DNA of 64,000 nt, from NCBI GenBank assembly GCA_965213925.1, contig OZ243927.1:1376001-1440000 (forward strand), written 5' to 3'. Both the position numbers and the translations under genes were made by a program. Each line of letters begins with the position of its first letter. Position 1 is the first letter of the stretch. This document shows, one piece after another, positions 36,897-45,842 of this stretch. The notes below the pieces were generated by a model. The model was not told the origin of the DNA and did no database searches. It saw only the letters and a list, made by a program, of their open reading frames with translations. The DNA comes from Trueperaceae bacterium. Its GTDB lineage: Bacteria > Deinococcota > Deinococci > Deinococcales > Trueperaceae.

Positions 36897-37374
36897 GTAA
36901 TCTTCCTCCATCTCTCATGTCTTGCTGCTTCTGTTTATACTCTCAAAACGTTGCCTTTAAGCGGCGTTGTTTACAAAGAGCCCAGTCACTTATAACATAA
37001 GGTTTTTCACTTGGCTACTCCCTGATATACTCTTTTTCTCCCCTATTTGATAGTTCGACCTCCTATCCGAACGGAAAGTGAAATTTTTTACACTTTAGCG
37101 CAATGCACAAGAGGGAAAATAGCGTAGTACCCGCTTCGCCTCACTTCGCCCGGTTTTTCGCGGATAAAATCCAACGTCTGAGGCAGTATTGGTAAAGATT
37201 AGTAAAGGGCGGTATATTAAGGCGCGCGTGGGCCAACTATGGAAGCGGAGGATGAGGTCTTTGTGAGGTATCTCGCTTCGCTGAAGCCTGATTTTGGTTA
37301 CACCTTAGATGAGGTATGAGAATTTACACTAAAGCCAGTAGAGAAACGCTCATGCTCACAAGAAAGAGGTCAGT

Positions 37375-38172
37375 ATGAACTATAAGGTAGCTTTTTCCAT
37401 CCTGTTCGTTTTAGGACTCGTCTTGGCGGCTTGCGCTCCCAGAACGCAGTCGGATACGTCGGGCGAAGTGAGAACCGAGTCGTCAGGCAATATGGCAGAG
37501 GAGATGACGGGCGGCGCGGCGGGTATGCAGGACATGGAGATGGGCACGGGCGGCGAGATGGATATGCAAGATGGCATGGAGATGGGCACAGGCGGCATGA
37601 CGGACATGGACAGCATGACGGGCGGCATGATGGACATGGACAGTATGACGGGCGGCGAGATGGACATGGAGATGGGTACGGGCGGCATGGGGGACATGTC
37701 GTCGGACGCGCAAACGGGCATGGAGAGCGATACGGAGCCGCCGATGGGAACGCTCGAGGCGGCGGCGAGCCCAGCCGGACCTTTTTATAACGACCGACCG
37801 GACGGCATCGACGACATCAGCGACGAGCGCGTCGTGAGCGTTTCGCCGGGCGACTCGTTCTTCTTGCGGGTACAGTACAGCGACGAGAGCGGCATCTCAG
37901 ACTTGGGCATTTCCCTCCGAAACTCGGCTTTCCAAGGAAACCTCCCTACCGGACCGTTTACGGTTGACGAGGCCGCGTCGACCTCTACTTGCGACGACCA
38001 GCTCGCTACGACACCTACCGAGCTTAACTGCACCATCAAAGTAGACGTGGCGGCGGACGCGCAGAACATCGACGAGAGCGGCGAGTTCGCCTACGTTTTC
38101 CGCGCCAGAGTCACTGACGCGGCGGACAATAGCGAGACCGACAACGACCGCGGCTACGTAGCAATTCGCTAA
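37375..38172 (+). CDS. Lipoprotein with Met-rich TGG repeat linker and unrecognised C-terminal domain
   Basis: Lipobox VLAAC; six TGG units among 22 Met; C-terminal GEFAYVFR...RGYV shared with 35895..36896. Confidence 0.85.
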   Translation: MNYKVAFSILFVLGLVLAACAPRTQSDTSGEVRTESSGNMAEEMTGGAAGMQDMEMGTGGEMDMQDGMEMGTGGMTDMDSMTGGMMDMDSMTGGEMDMEMGTGGMGDMSSDAQTGMESDTEPPMGTLEAAASPAGPFYNDRPDGIDDISDERVVSVSPGDSFFLRVQYSDESGISDLGISLRNSAFQGNLPTGPFTVDEAASTSTCDDQLATTPTELNCTIKVDVAADAQNIDESGEFAYVFRARVTDAADNSETDNDRGYVAIR

Positions 38173-38196
38173 ATCCGCACCGAAGTATCAGTTTAC

Positions 38197-38231
38197 AAAG
38201 CCTCCTCACTACGGTTGAGGAGGCTTCTTTT
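38197..38231 (+). terminator. Intrinsic terminator
   Basis: AAGCCTCCTCA-N7-TGAGGAGGCTT-CTTTT. Confidence 0.85.
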
Positions 38232-38249
38232 GTTACTGTAGTGCCTGAA

Positions 38250-38412
38250 TACACCGTTAAGTAAATTCTGCGGCGTTGTTGTCACCCTGAGCCGAAGGCG
38301 TAAGGGTCTCGTCTTTCGTTCTCTGTCAAAGGAGTCAGCAAGGTCAGAGATTCTTTCACTCCGCTATCGCTACGTTCAGAATGACATGGTTCATTATTTG
38401 GTTGACAGAGTA
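38250..38412 (-). mobile_element. Third copy of the MITE-like element (inverted)
   Basis: TACACCGTTAAG...GTCACCCTG...GGGTCTCG...GAGATTCTT...TTCAGAATGAC...TTGACAGAGTA is the reverse complement of the 33.7-34.1 kb copies. Confidence 0.8.
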
Positions 38413-38462
38413 CTTAGTACGAGTGCGCTTCATTTGGCGGGCGAAAGGTGCTATAACCGCAA

Positions 38463-40184
38463 GTGGTGGCAGTTACGTCCGAACGACTTTCACGATTATA
38501 TATAGATAGGGAGCGCGTCCTCTGGCTGGGATGCTTCGCGCTGATGGCGGCGCTGTCGCTCGCGCTCGTCTGGGGCTTTCCTTTCGTGCCGACGCAGGAC
38601 GGTCCGGCGCACTTAGACGCGGCGGCGACCCTCTTGGCGCTGTCCGAGGGTGACACGTTTTTCAGCACCTTCTTCGAGGCGCAGTGGCGTTTGGGGACCA
38701 ATCAGCTCTATCACGCCTTGCTCGTTTTGCTCGGCTCGTTCATTCCTCTGCTGCTCGCCGAAAAGCTCATCCTCAGCGTTTACGTGCTCGCCGTCCCTCT
38801 TTCGGTGCTGTTTGCGCTGCGCGGGCTAGAGCGGGCAAACGCTTTAGCGGTCTTTTTGGCGTTTCCGGTCACTTATCCCTTCGTTTTCTATCTGGGGTTT
38901 TACAACTTCTGCTTAGGGCTGGTCTTTTTTCTGTTGACGTTGGGCGTTTATCTTAGGCTGGTGAGAGCCGAGACGGGTCGGCGCAGAGCCTACCTCACCG
39001 CCCTACTCGCGCTCTGCCTCGCGCTCTGTTACGCCGCGCATATCGTCTCAGCCGCGAACGCGCTCTTGGTGCTCGGCGTCATGCTGGGCGCGTCGCTGCT
39101 GAGGGGGCAGGCTCAGGCAGCGCGTAACGCGCTCCTGGTGGCGGCGGTGGCTCTGCCTAGCGCGCTCTTCATCCTCGCCTTCTTCGTGGGTCAGCCCACC
39201 GGCGACCTGGACGGGACGACGAAATTTTTGAGCGTACCGCGCCTCATCGCTGAATTTTTCGTGCACGTCCCTGACCTGCCTTACAAGGTCTACAGCCCGC
39301 TTATCATTCACTCCTGGCTCGACGTACTCTTCACCGCGCCCTGGCATCTGCTCCTCGTGACGCTCGCCGGGCTTGCCGCGCTCAGATGCGTGCGCGCCCG
39401 GCGCGTTGTGCAGCCCGACCTCTTAGCCGCGCTCGCTGCGATGCTCCTTATCATCTTATGGACGCCTAACCGTCTGGGCGAAATCGGCTTCCTGACCGAC
39501 CGCTTTTTGCCGTACGGTTACGCGCTCCTCACCTTGTGGCTCGCGGCGGTGGAGTTTTCGTCCCGTCTCTGGCGGCTGGCGGCGGTGGCGGCGGTCATCT
39601 GCGGGGGGGCGCTCTTCATCTACCGCCTGCCCTTGCACGCGATGCTCAACGCGAACCTGCTCGAGTTCACCTCGGCGGCGGCGGTCCTCGAGGACGATAG
39701 CACCGCCCTGCCACTCATCTTGGTCAAAAACGATAACGCCTACGCGCCCACAGGTCTCGTGCTGCCGAACATGCGCTACAGCGAGGTGCTTCACGCGGTA
39801 GGGTACATCGCTTTGGAGCGTTCGCTCGTGACCCTGAACGATTACCAGGCGGCGAAGGGGTACTTTCCGCAGCGCTACGAGGCGGCGACGAGCCCGGTCG
39901 TGCACCTCAGCGAGGGAGGGTTAGCGGCGCTCGAGCGTCCCCCCTTCGCCTTCGACTTGCGGGCTTACGAAGCCGAAACAGGGGAGAGCGTGGACTATCT
40001 GCTCCTCTGGGGCGACTTAGAAGAGGTCGGGGAGCGCCCGGACGTGCAGGCTATCTTCGCGCAGCTAGCGGCTTACGACCTCATCTACACCTCCGAGCCG
40101 CGCGCGCTGATGCGCGTCTACGCGCGGTCCGCGCTATCGTCGGTGGAGGGGCCGAAACGAGTCGAAGCGGGACCGAGACCGTGA
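38463..40184 (+). CDS. Polytopic membrane protein, putative GT-C fold glycosyltransferase
   Basis: First loop PTQDGPAH, then about 12 TM segments (GFYNF, Y.AH, DRF) and a soluble C-terminal domain; glycan-locus context. Confidence 0.55.
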   Translation: MVAVTSERLSRLYIDRERVLWLGCFALMAALSLALVWGFPFVPTQDGPAHLDAAATLLALSEGDTFFSTFFEAQWRLGTNQLYHALLVLLGSFIPLLLAEKLILSVYVLAVPLSVLFALRGLERANALAVFLAFPVTYPFVFYLGFYNFCLGLVFFLLTLGVYLRLVRAETGRRRAYLTALLALCLALCYAAHIVSAANALLVLGVMLGASLLRGQAQAARNALLVAAVALPSALFILAFFVGQPTGDLDGTTKFLSVPRLIAEFFVHVPDLPYKVYSPLIIHSWLDVLFTAPWHLLLVTLAGLAALRCVRARRVVQPDLLAALAAMLLIILWTPNRLGEIGFLTDRFLPYGYALLTLWLAAVEFSSRLWRLAAVAAVICGGALFIYRLPLHAMLNANLLEFTSAAAVLEDDSTALPLILVKNDNAYAPTGLVLPNMRYSEVLHAVGYIALERSLVTLNDYQAAKGYFPQRYEAATSPVVHLSEGGLAALERPPFAFDLRAYEAETGESVDYLLLWGDLEEVGERPDVQAIFAQLAAYDLIYTSEPRALMRVYARSALSSVEGPKRVEAGPRP

Positions 40185-40774
40185 CGCCCCTCGGACACCT
40201 CGCCGTTTCCTACAGCCTCGCCAAGGTTAGTCTTGCTAAGGTGCCTGCTCGTCCCTCCGTTTTGCCCTACGTCATCGTGGGCGGACTCGCGCCGGACCTC
40301 GACTTCTTGTTGCTTGGTTTGCCGAACTTCAACGCGCTGCACCGCTCGCTCACCCACAACCTCTTTTTCGTCTTGGCGGTTGCGGTACTTTGCGTTCTTT
40401 TCGTACACTCGAGGCGTGGCGCTCAGCGCGGTGTGGGCGCGGTCCCCTTAGTCGCTATTTCCTTAGGCGCTGTGACGGGTGGGCTAAGTCATCTTTTTGT
40501 AGACGCTATCCTTGACAGTAATGCGAGCAACGGCGTGGGCGTGGCGGCGCTGTGGCCCCTAAGCGAGCAGTTCTTCTCGCCCTTTAACCTGGCTCCGCAG
40601 CGCTGCCCCGGCTGGGACGACCCTCCCTCAGCCGTTCTCTGCAACTTGCCACTCCTTCTCTGGGAGGTGCCCGCTTACCTCCTCGCCGCGCCTCTCTGGT
40701 GGCGCACCAGAACGCACCGCATGAAGAACACCGCATGTCAACAGGAACCGAGTAAGGAAAAGGTACGTTTATGA
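40181..40774 (+). CDS. YdjM-like membrane metal-dependent hydrolase
   Basis: GH, APDLD, HRSLTH, SHLFVD, LWP motifs. Confidence 0.85.
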   Translation: MTPLGHLAVSYSLAKVSLAKVPARPSVLPYVIVGGLAPDLDFLLLGLPNFNALHRSLTHNLFFVLAVAVLCVLFVHSRRGAQRGVGAVPLVAISLGAVTGGLSHLFVDAILDSNASNGVGVAALWPLSEQFFSPFNLAPQRCPGWDDPPSAVLCNLPLLLWEVPAYLLAAPLWWRTRTHRMKNTACQQEPSKEKVRL

Positions 40775-42270
40775 AACTATTCGAGGTATTTCGCTCAGAG
40801 CGCGCTGCGTCCGACATGCTCACCGGACAGGCTCCCCGGCAGGCGACCGGACGGGACGAACCCTGGCTCACGGCGCTGAGCCGCGGCTTTCCGCTCACGC
40901 TCTTCGTCGGGGCGCTCTTAGCGCTTTCGGTGGCGCTACTCTTTTTCATGTCGGTCAACCGGTTTTTCGACCACGACGAGTTCGAGGCGATGCACACGAC
41001 CTGGAAGATGTTTCAGGGACAGGAGATTTACACCGACTTTATTCAGCACCATCATCCCTTTATGTACTACACGCTGCTGCCGCTCTACGCGCTCTTCGGC
41101 GGCACGACCGACGTGCTGATTGCGGCTAGGGTCTTTATCTTCTTTCAACTTGCGGGGATGCTCCTGCTCACGTATGGAATCGCTTACGAAGTCTACAAGC
41201 GCCACCTGGTCGCGCTCACGGGGACGCTCTTCCTCTCGTTCACGGCGCTCTTCACCGCGAAAGCCTTGGAGGTTCGCCCCGACGTCCCTCAGAGCCTCCT
41301 CAGTTTGCTGGGTCTCTATCTCATGGTGCGCTTTTTCCGCACGCGCTCGCTTTGGCTACTCATCGCCAGCGGCGTCTCGTTCGGCGTGTCCATCCTCTTT
41401 CTGCAAAAAGGTATCGTTTTTGCGGGGCTCGCCGGATTGGTCTTACTGGGTCGGTGGCTCTTCGGACGCGACGTTAAGTTCGTGCAAGGGCTCCTCTTTG
41501 CGGGCTCGGTGCTCGCGCCGCCGGTCGTTTACGCGCTCTATCTGCTCGCGAGTGGCAAGTTGCAGTCCTTTATCTTCTGGAACTTCACCTATAACACGGT
41601 CTACTACGACCTGCGCGGCTGGGAAGCGGAGAAGCTCATTCGTAACATCAACAACCTCTACAACGAAAATAGTCTAATCTTGCTGCTCTTCGCCGTGACG
41701 TTTTTCTTTTTACGTAAGGCGAGGCTCGAGTGGGAACTCCTCTTTCTTGCCGCTGGTGTCTTTGGCTTTACCCTCCTTACGGGTCGGCACAACCCGCAGT
41801 ACTACCTCTTGGTCTTTCCCTTCGTGACGATTCTGGCGGCTCGGGGTCTTATCACAGGTCTGCGGGGGCGCGGCGCGGTGGCAGCGCTCGTAGTGACGTT
41901 CGTCGCCTTTATGCCGCTCGTCAACCAGGCTAGAAACGCCTTCGTCTATACCAACGACGGGCAAATCGCCAAAATCCAGTACGTTTTAGACCTTACCGAG
42001 CCAAACGACTACGTCTACGACGGCAACATTTTCTTCAACCTCTTCCGCCGCGACATCGACTTTATCTGGTACATGGCGGGCGAACCCTACAAAGCCGCCG
42101 AGACGCTCGCAATCCTTATCGACTACGACTACAACGTCTACGAAGCTATCGAGCGCTACGAGCCTAAAGTCATCTCGACGTTTGGCATCGATAACATGGA
42201 CGACCCGCGCATCGCGGAGCACTACGCTAAGTTACCTAAATACGATGACCTCTTTATTCGCACTGAATAG
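40771..42270 (+). CDS. GT-C (PMT/ArnT-like) membrane glycosyltransferase
   Basis: DHDE acidic motif after TM1, Y.DF..HH.P, EVRPD, QK, PQY; multi-TM. Confidence 0.75.
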   Translation: MKLFEVFRSERAASDMLTGQAPRQATGRDEPWLTALSRGFPLTLFVGALLALSVALLFFMSVNRFFDHDEFEAMHTTWKMFQGQEIYTDFIQHHHPFMYYTLLPLYALFGGTTDVLIAARVFIFFQLAGMLLLTYGIAYEVYKRHLVALTGTLFLSFTALFTAKALEVRPDVPQSLLSLLGLYLMVRFFRTRSLWLLIASGVSFGVSILFLQKGIVFAGLAGLVLLGRWLFGRDVKFVQGLLFAGSVLAPPVVYALYLLASGKLQSFIFWNFTYNTVYYDLRGWEAEKLIRNINNLYNENSLILLLFAVTFFFLRKARLEWELLFLAAGVFGFTLLTGRHNPQYYLLVFPFVTILAARGLITGLRGRGAVAALVVTFVAFMPLVNQARNAFVYTNDGQIAKIQYVLDLTEPNDYVYDGNIFFNLFRRDIDFIWYMAGEPYKAAETLAILIDYDYNVYEAIERYEPKVISTFGIDNMDDPRIAEHYAKLPKYDDLFIRTE

Positions 42271-42345
42271 GTTTGCGTTCTCAGCCACATCTAAGCGGTT
42301 ACCCGCGTTCATCTACTGCTACATTTTCGTCAGGAGGCGTGTCTT

Positions 42346-43932
42346 ATGTTACAGACACTTCACAACCGGTACATCCAGTTCATTTGTTTCGCACTTCTCA
42401 CCGCAGGTTTAGCAGCTTGCGGTGCCCGCACCGACCCTGCCGAAACCGAAGTGCCACTCGCCGATCTGGTCACTGAGGAAATTAGGGTGGAACTCAATCC
42501 CCATGACGTCGCCCCCTTGACCGCCGAGGTTAGCTTCACAACGCGCGTGCCGACCCGCGTGACCCTCACGGTTGCGGGCGAAGAGCCCGTCACGCAGTCC
42601 TTCGCTGAAGCGACCGAGCACCGTATCCCCGTTTTGGGTCTCTACCCCGACACCGAAAACGAGGTCACGCTGCGTTTAGAGAGCGCCGAAGGATACGCCG
42701 AGACAACGGAACGTATCCAGACGGAGGCGCTACCCGCGCGACTGCCAGCGGTCACGATCGCCACTGTGCAGCGCGGCGAAGTGGAGCCAGGCTGGAACCT
42801 GAGCGCGTTTAGAGTCAGCGGCATGCCCGACTACCCTCTGCCTTTCATGTTTGACCCGAAGGGCGAGGTGCGCTGGTACTTAAACCTCGACGCCTTCGAG
42901 GGGCGCACCACCTTCCCGAGACGGCTCGCGAACGGCAACCTGATCTTCGGGTTTGAGAGCGCCCTCTTTGAATACACCATGCTCGGCGAAGAGGTGAACC
43001 GCTGGGAAATCCCCGGTTACAGATACCACCACGAGATTACTGAGAAGCCGGACGGCAACTTCATCGTCGCTGTCGATAAAGAGGGGGAGGAGACCGTCGA
43101 AGACTTTATGGTCGAGGTCGAGCGCGAGACGGGCGAGATCGTGCGCGAGTGGGACTTGCGTAAGATTCTCGACGTGGACCGCCAGACTTACGCCGAAACC
43201 TCCTTTGTCCGGGGCGAAGAGGACTGGTTTCATATGAACGCCATCTGGTACGAGCCTTCGGACAAAACGCTCGTCGTCTCCGGGCGGCACCAGGGGGTCG
43301 TCAAGGTGACGATGGAGAACGAACTCGTGTGGATTCTCGCGCCGCATAAGGGCTGGCAAGAGAACAGCAGTGGCGTCGACCTGCCTGAGTATCTACTAAC
43401 CGCCGTGGATGAAGACGGTGAGCCTTACCCAGAAGCGGTCCAGCAGGGCGACGTAGACGCTGAAGGGTTTAGTTGGGTCTGGGGGCAGCACGCGCCGCTC
43501 ATCTTGCCCAACGGCAACCTGTTCGTCTTCGACAATGGGGAGAGCCGCAACTTCACCGGTAACGGCACCGGCAGCTTCACCCAGGACGGTCCGAGCTTTA
43601 GCCGCGGCGTGGAATATAGAATTGACGAAGCAGCGATGACTATAGAACAGGTCTGGCAATATGGAGCGGAGCGCGGCGAAGAGTTCTACTCGCCGATCAT
43701 CAGCGACGTGGACTACTTGCCGCAGACGAACAACCGCCTCGTCATGCCGGGCATCATCAGTAACTTCGACCCGCCCTCCTACGCGCTCATGACGGAGGTA
43801 ACTTACCCTGGCAAAGAGGTCGTCTTTGAGGCGCGGCTCGAGTTCAAAAATCTCGCCGACGGGGAGAGTGTCTTTGGCGACTCGGTCTACCGCTTCGAGC
43901 GGTTGCCGCTCTATCCGGCTACTACGCAGTAA
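42346..43932 (+). CDS. Aryl-sulfate sulfotransferase (ASST) lipoprotein
   Basis: Lipobox LAAC; NP..APLTA, LGLYPD..N.V, G.VRWY, HHE, DWFHMNA, SGRHQ, QH, FDNG. Confidence 0.88.
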   Translation: MLQTLHNRYIQFICFALLTAGLAACGARTDPAETEVPLADLVTEEIRVELNPHDVAPLTAEVSFTTRVPTRVTLTVAGEEPVTQSFAEATEHRIPVLGLYPDTENEVTLRLESAEGYAETTERIQTEALPARLPAVTIATVQRGEVEPGWNLSAFRVSGMPDYPLPFMFDPKGEVRWYLNLDAFEGRTTFPRRLANGNLIFGFESALFEYTMLGEEVNRWEIPGYRYHHEITEKPDGNFIVAVDKEGEETVEDFMVEVERETGEIVREWDLRKILDVDRQTYAETSFVRGEEDWFHMNAIWYEPSDKTLVVSGRHQGVVKVTMENELVWILAPHKGWQENSSGVDLPEYLLTAVDEDGEPYPEAVQQGDVDAEGFSWVWGQHAPLILPNGNLFVFDNGESRNFTGNGTGSFTQDGPSFSRGVEYRIDEAAMTIEQVWQYGAERGEEFYSPIISDVDYLPQTNNRLVMPGIISNFDPPSYALMTEVTYPGKEVVFEARLEFKNLADGESVFGDSVYRFERLPLYPATTQ

Positions 43933-44000
43933 GCGCAGTAGCGACGCTAGCACGGTCAAAGTAGGTAGAGACCGAGGTGAGGTTCACCTTGGTCCTTTCT

Positions 44001-44957
44001 TTAAGGTTGACGCCCTAGCTCACCCTTAGCACGCCCACCTCGCAAAAACGCTACCACCTGCCACGCCACAACTGGGAAGCTCACGAGTGATAAAAACCAG
44101 TACGCAAAGAGCGTGTAACCTAGACCGACGAGCGTCGCTTGTTCGGGGCTCATCTGGCTACCGAGGAGCGCTACGAACGCGGCGTCGCGCGTGCCGATAC
44201 CGCTGACCGTCACGGGCACAAGTCCTGCTAAAATCGCAAGCGGAAAAATTGCGTAGGCGAAACCCAGCCCTAAGCCCGTTCCGAACGCTTGCCCTAGGGC
44301 GAAGACGGTAAAGCCGCCCAGCGACCAGGTGAGAATGGACCCGCCGAGGGTCTGTGCAATGGCGGCGCGGTCTCCCAGCCAACGGGTGAAGACCGTGCGC
44401 AAGTCTTGCAAGATTTGCGTTACTTTATCTGGTAGGGGCAACTTCTCTATAGGCAGCAGCGTCACGACTAAAAAAATACTTAAAACGCCACCTAAAAGCC
44501 CTACGCCTGCGACGAGTCCCCAGAGCGTGCCGTTGACGAGCAGACCTAAGAGCCCGAGCGCGCCCAGGACGCCTAAATCGACGAGGCGCTCGAGGATCAC
44601 TGTCCCGGTCCCCTTCGCGAGCCCGCCCTGCTCGCGTAAGTAGACTGCCTTCGCCACGTCGCCCGACTTCGAGGGCAAAAAGCTGTTCAGCACGTTCGCC
44701 ATCATCACGGCGCGTAGCGCCACCAAAAAGGGTAAAGTCGCGTCTTGCGCCCGCAATACGCCGAGCCAGCGGAATACGCTCGTGAAGGGCAGGGCGCAGG
44801 TGAGCAGGGCGGCGAAGAGGAGCCAGCCCCAGTTCGCCTCAGCGAGCAGCTCGGCGGTGCGAGCCAGGTCGATTCGCGCCAAAAGCCAGGTGACGAGCCC
44901 AGCCGAGACGAGGACGCTTAGGAGTCCTAGAAGGGTACGTTTATTGTCATGCATCAT
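44001..44957 (-). CDS. Lysylphosphatidylglycerol synthase TM / flippase-like protein
   Basis: RW..L, N..LPS..GD..K, ER..DL, P.T.SGIGTRD. Confidence 0.88.
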   Translation of the reverse strand: MMHDNKRTLLGLLSVLVSAGLVTWLLARIDLARTAELLAEANWGWLLFAALLTCALPFTSVFRWLGVLRAQDATLPFLVALRAVMMANVLNSFLPSKSGDVAKAVYLREQGGLAKGTGTVILERLVDLGVLGALGLLGLLVNGTLWGLVAGVGLLGGVLSIFLVVTLLPIEKLPLPDKVTQILQDLRTVFTRWLGDRAAIAQTLGGSILTWSLGGFTVFALGQAFGTGLGLGFAYAIFPLAILAGLVPVTVSGIGTRDAAFVALLGSQMSPEQATLVGLGYTLFAYWFLSLVSFPVVAWQVVAFLRGGRAKGELGRQP

Positions 44958-45727
44958 TGATCATTATATTCGCCGTCATAGTTGCTTTCTTGCTGCTTTG
45001 ACTCAGGTGTCTCTTGAGAGGTGAGAAAAACGCCGATGCCAGCGGCGAAGGCGAGCGACAGCGCGGCGTTCATCTCCAACACCTCTTCTAAAAACGCCCA
45101 CTTGCGCGGCACGAAACCCTGACTATCGATGAAAAGAGCGCAGGTCGCTAGAGCCGCGCCCAGTATAACGTACAGCCAAGCGGAGCGCGGCGTCAGCGCG
45201 GCGCTAAGCTTGCCCCATTCGCCCCGAAATAGCCACGCAACTAAACCCAGCGAGACGCTTAGCAGGACGAACGCACTAATCAAGAAACCAGCGTACCAGG
45301 GCACCCCCTGGGACTCGAACCCCTTGACCACGATGCGCGCGGAGTCGTGCAGGGCGTCAAAGGTCATGCCGCTAGGGAGGGTCGGAAAGGTTAGATTCGG
45401 AAAAATCCTCTGACCGTAGCTGATCTCCTCTAGCACCCCGATGAGACAGAGCGCCGTAAGCGCGCCCATCCACCTAAAGCGGTACGCGCGGTTAAAGAGC
45501 CCGAGCGCGGTGAGACTCGCACCTAAAAAATAGAAGGCGAGGCTCGCGTTCTCGATCAGTGCGTCCTCTTGTACCAGCACCTCGCGCAGCTCAGGAAAGA
45601 GCGCGTAGGCGAGCCCGCAGAGGCTGAAACTCAAGGCGAGAAGTGCTGCGTAGAGCGCAACCGGCCACCAGCCGGGCAGCGCCGCCGCCTTATCTTGCGC
45701 AGATGAGAATGGACGTGATTGGCTCAA
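44954..45727 (-). CDS. Conserved membrane protein of unknown function
   Basis: QEDALIEN, LEEISYGQRIF, H, EE.LE acidic motifs between TM helices. Confidence 0.7.
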   Translation of the reverse strand: MSQSRPFSSAQDKAAALPGWWPVALYAALLALSFSLCGLAYALFPELREVLVQEDALIENASLAFYFLGASLTALGLFNRAYRFRWMGALTALCLIGVLEEISYGQRIFPNLTFPTLPSGMTFDALHDSARIVVKGFESQGVPWYAGFLISAFVLLSVSLGLVAWLFRGEWGKLSAALTPRSAWLYVILGAALATCALFIDSQGFVPRKWAFLEEVLEMNAALSLAFAAGIGVFLTSQETPESKQQESNYDGEYNDQ

Positions 45728-45754
45728 GAGGTACCTCGCTTCATGACGTTACTC

Positions 45755-45795
45755 TGTGACATAGCGGTGACAAGATGATGACACTGCCATGACAC
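45755..45795. promoter_or_regulatory. Four TGACA direct repeats at 11-bp period (Pho-box-like)
   Basis: TGACA at 45757, 45768, 45779 and 45790. Confidence 0.6.
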
Positions 45796-45818
45796 AATTT
45801 TCGTGGCTAACGGTGGCA

Positions 45819-45842
45819 GTAGGGGCGCTCGTGCGCCCCTAC
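45819..45842. repeat. GTAG-type REP
   Basis: GTAGGGGCGCTCGTGCGCCCCTAC, overlapping the stop codon at 45839. Confidence 0.7.
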
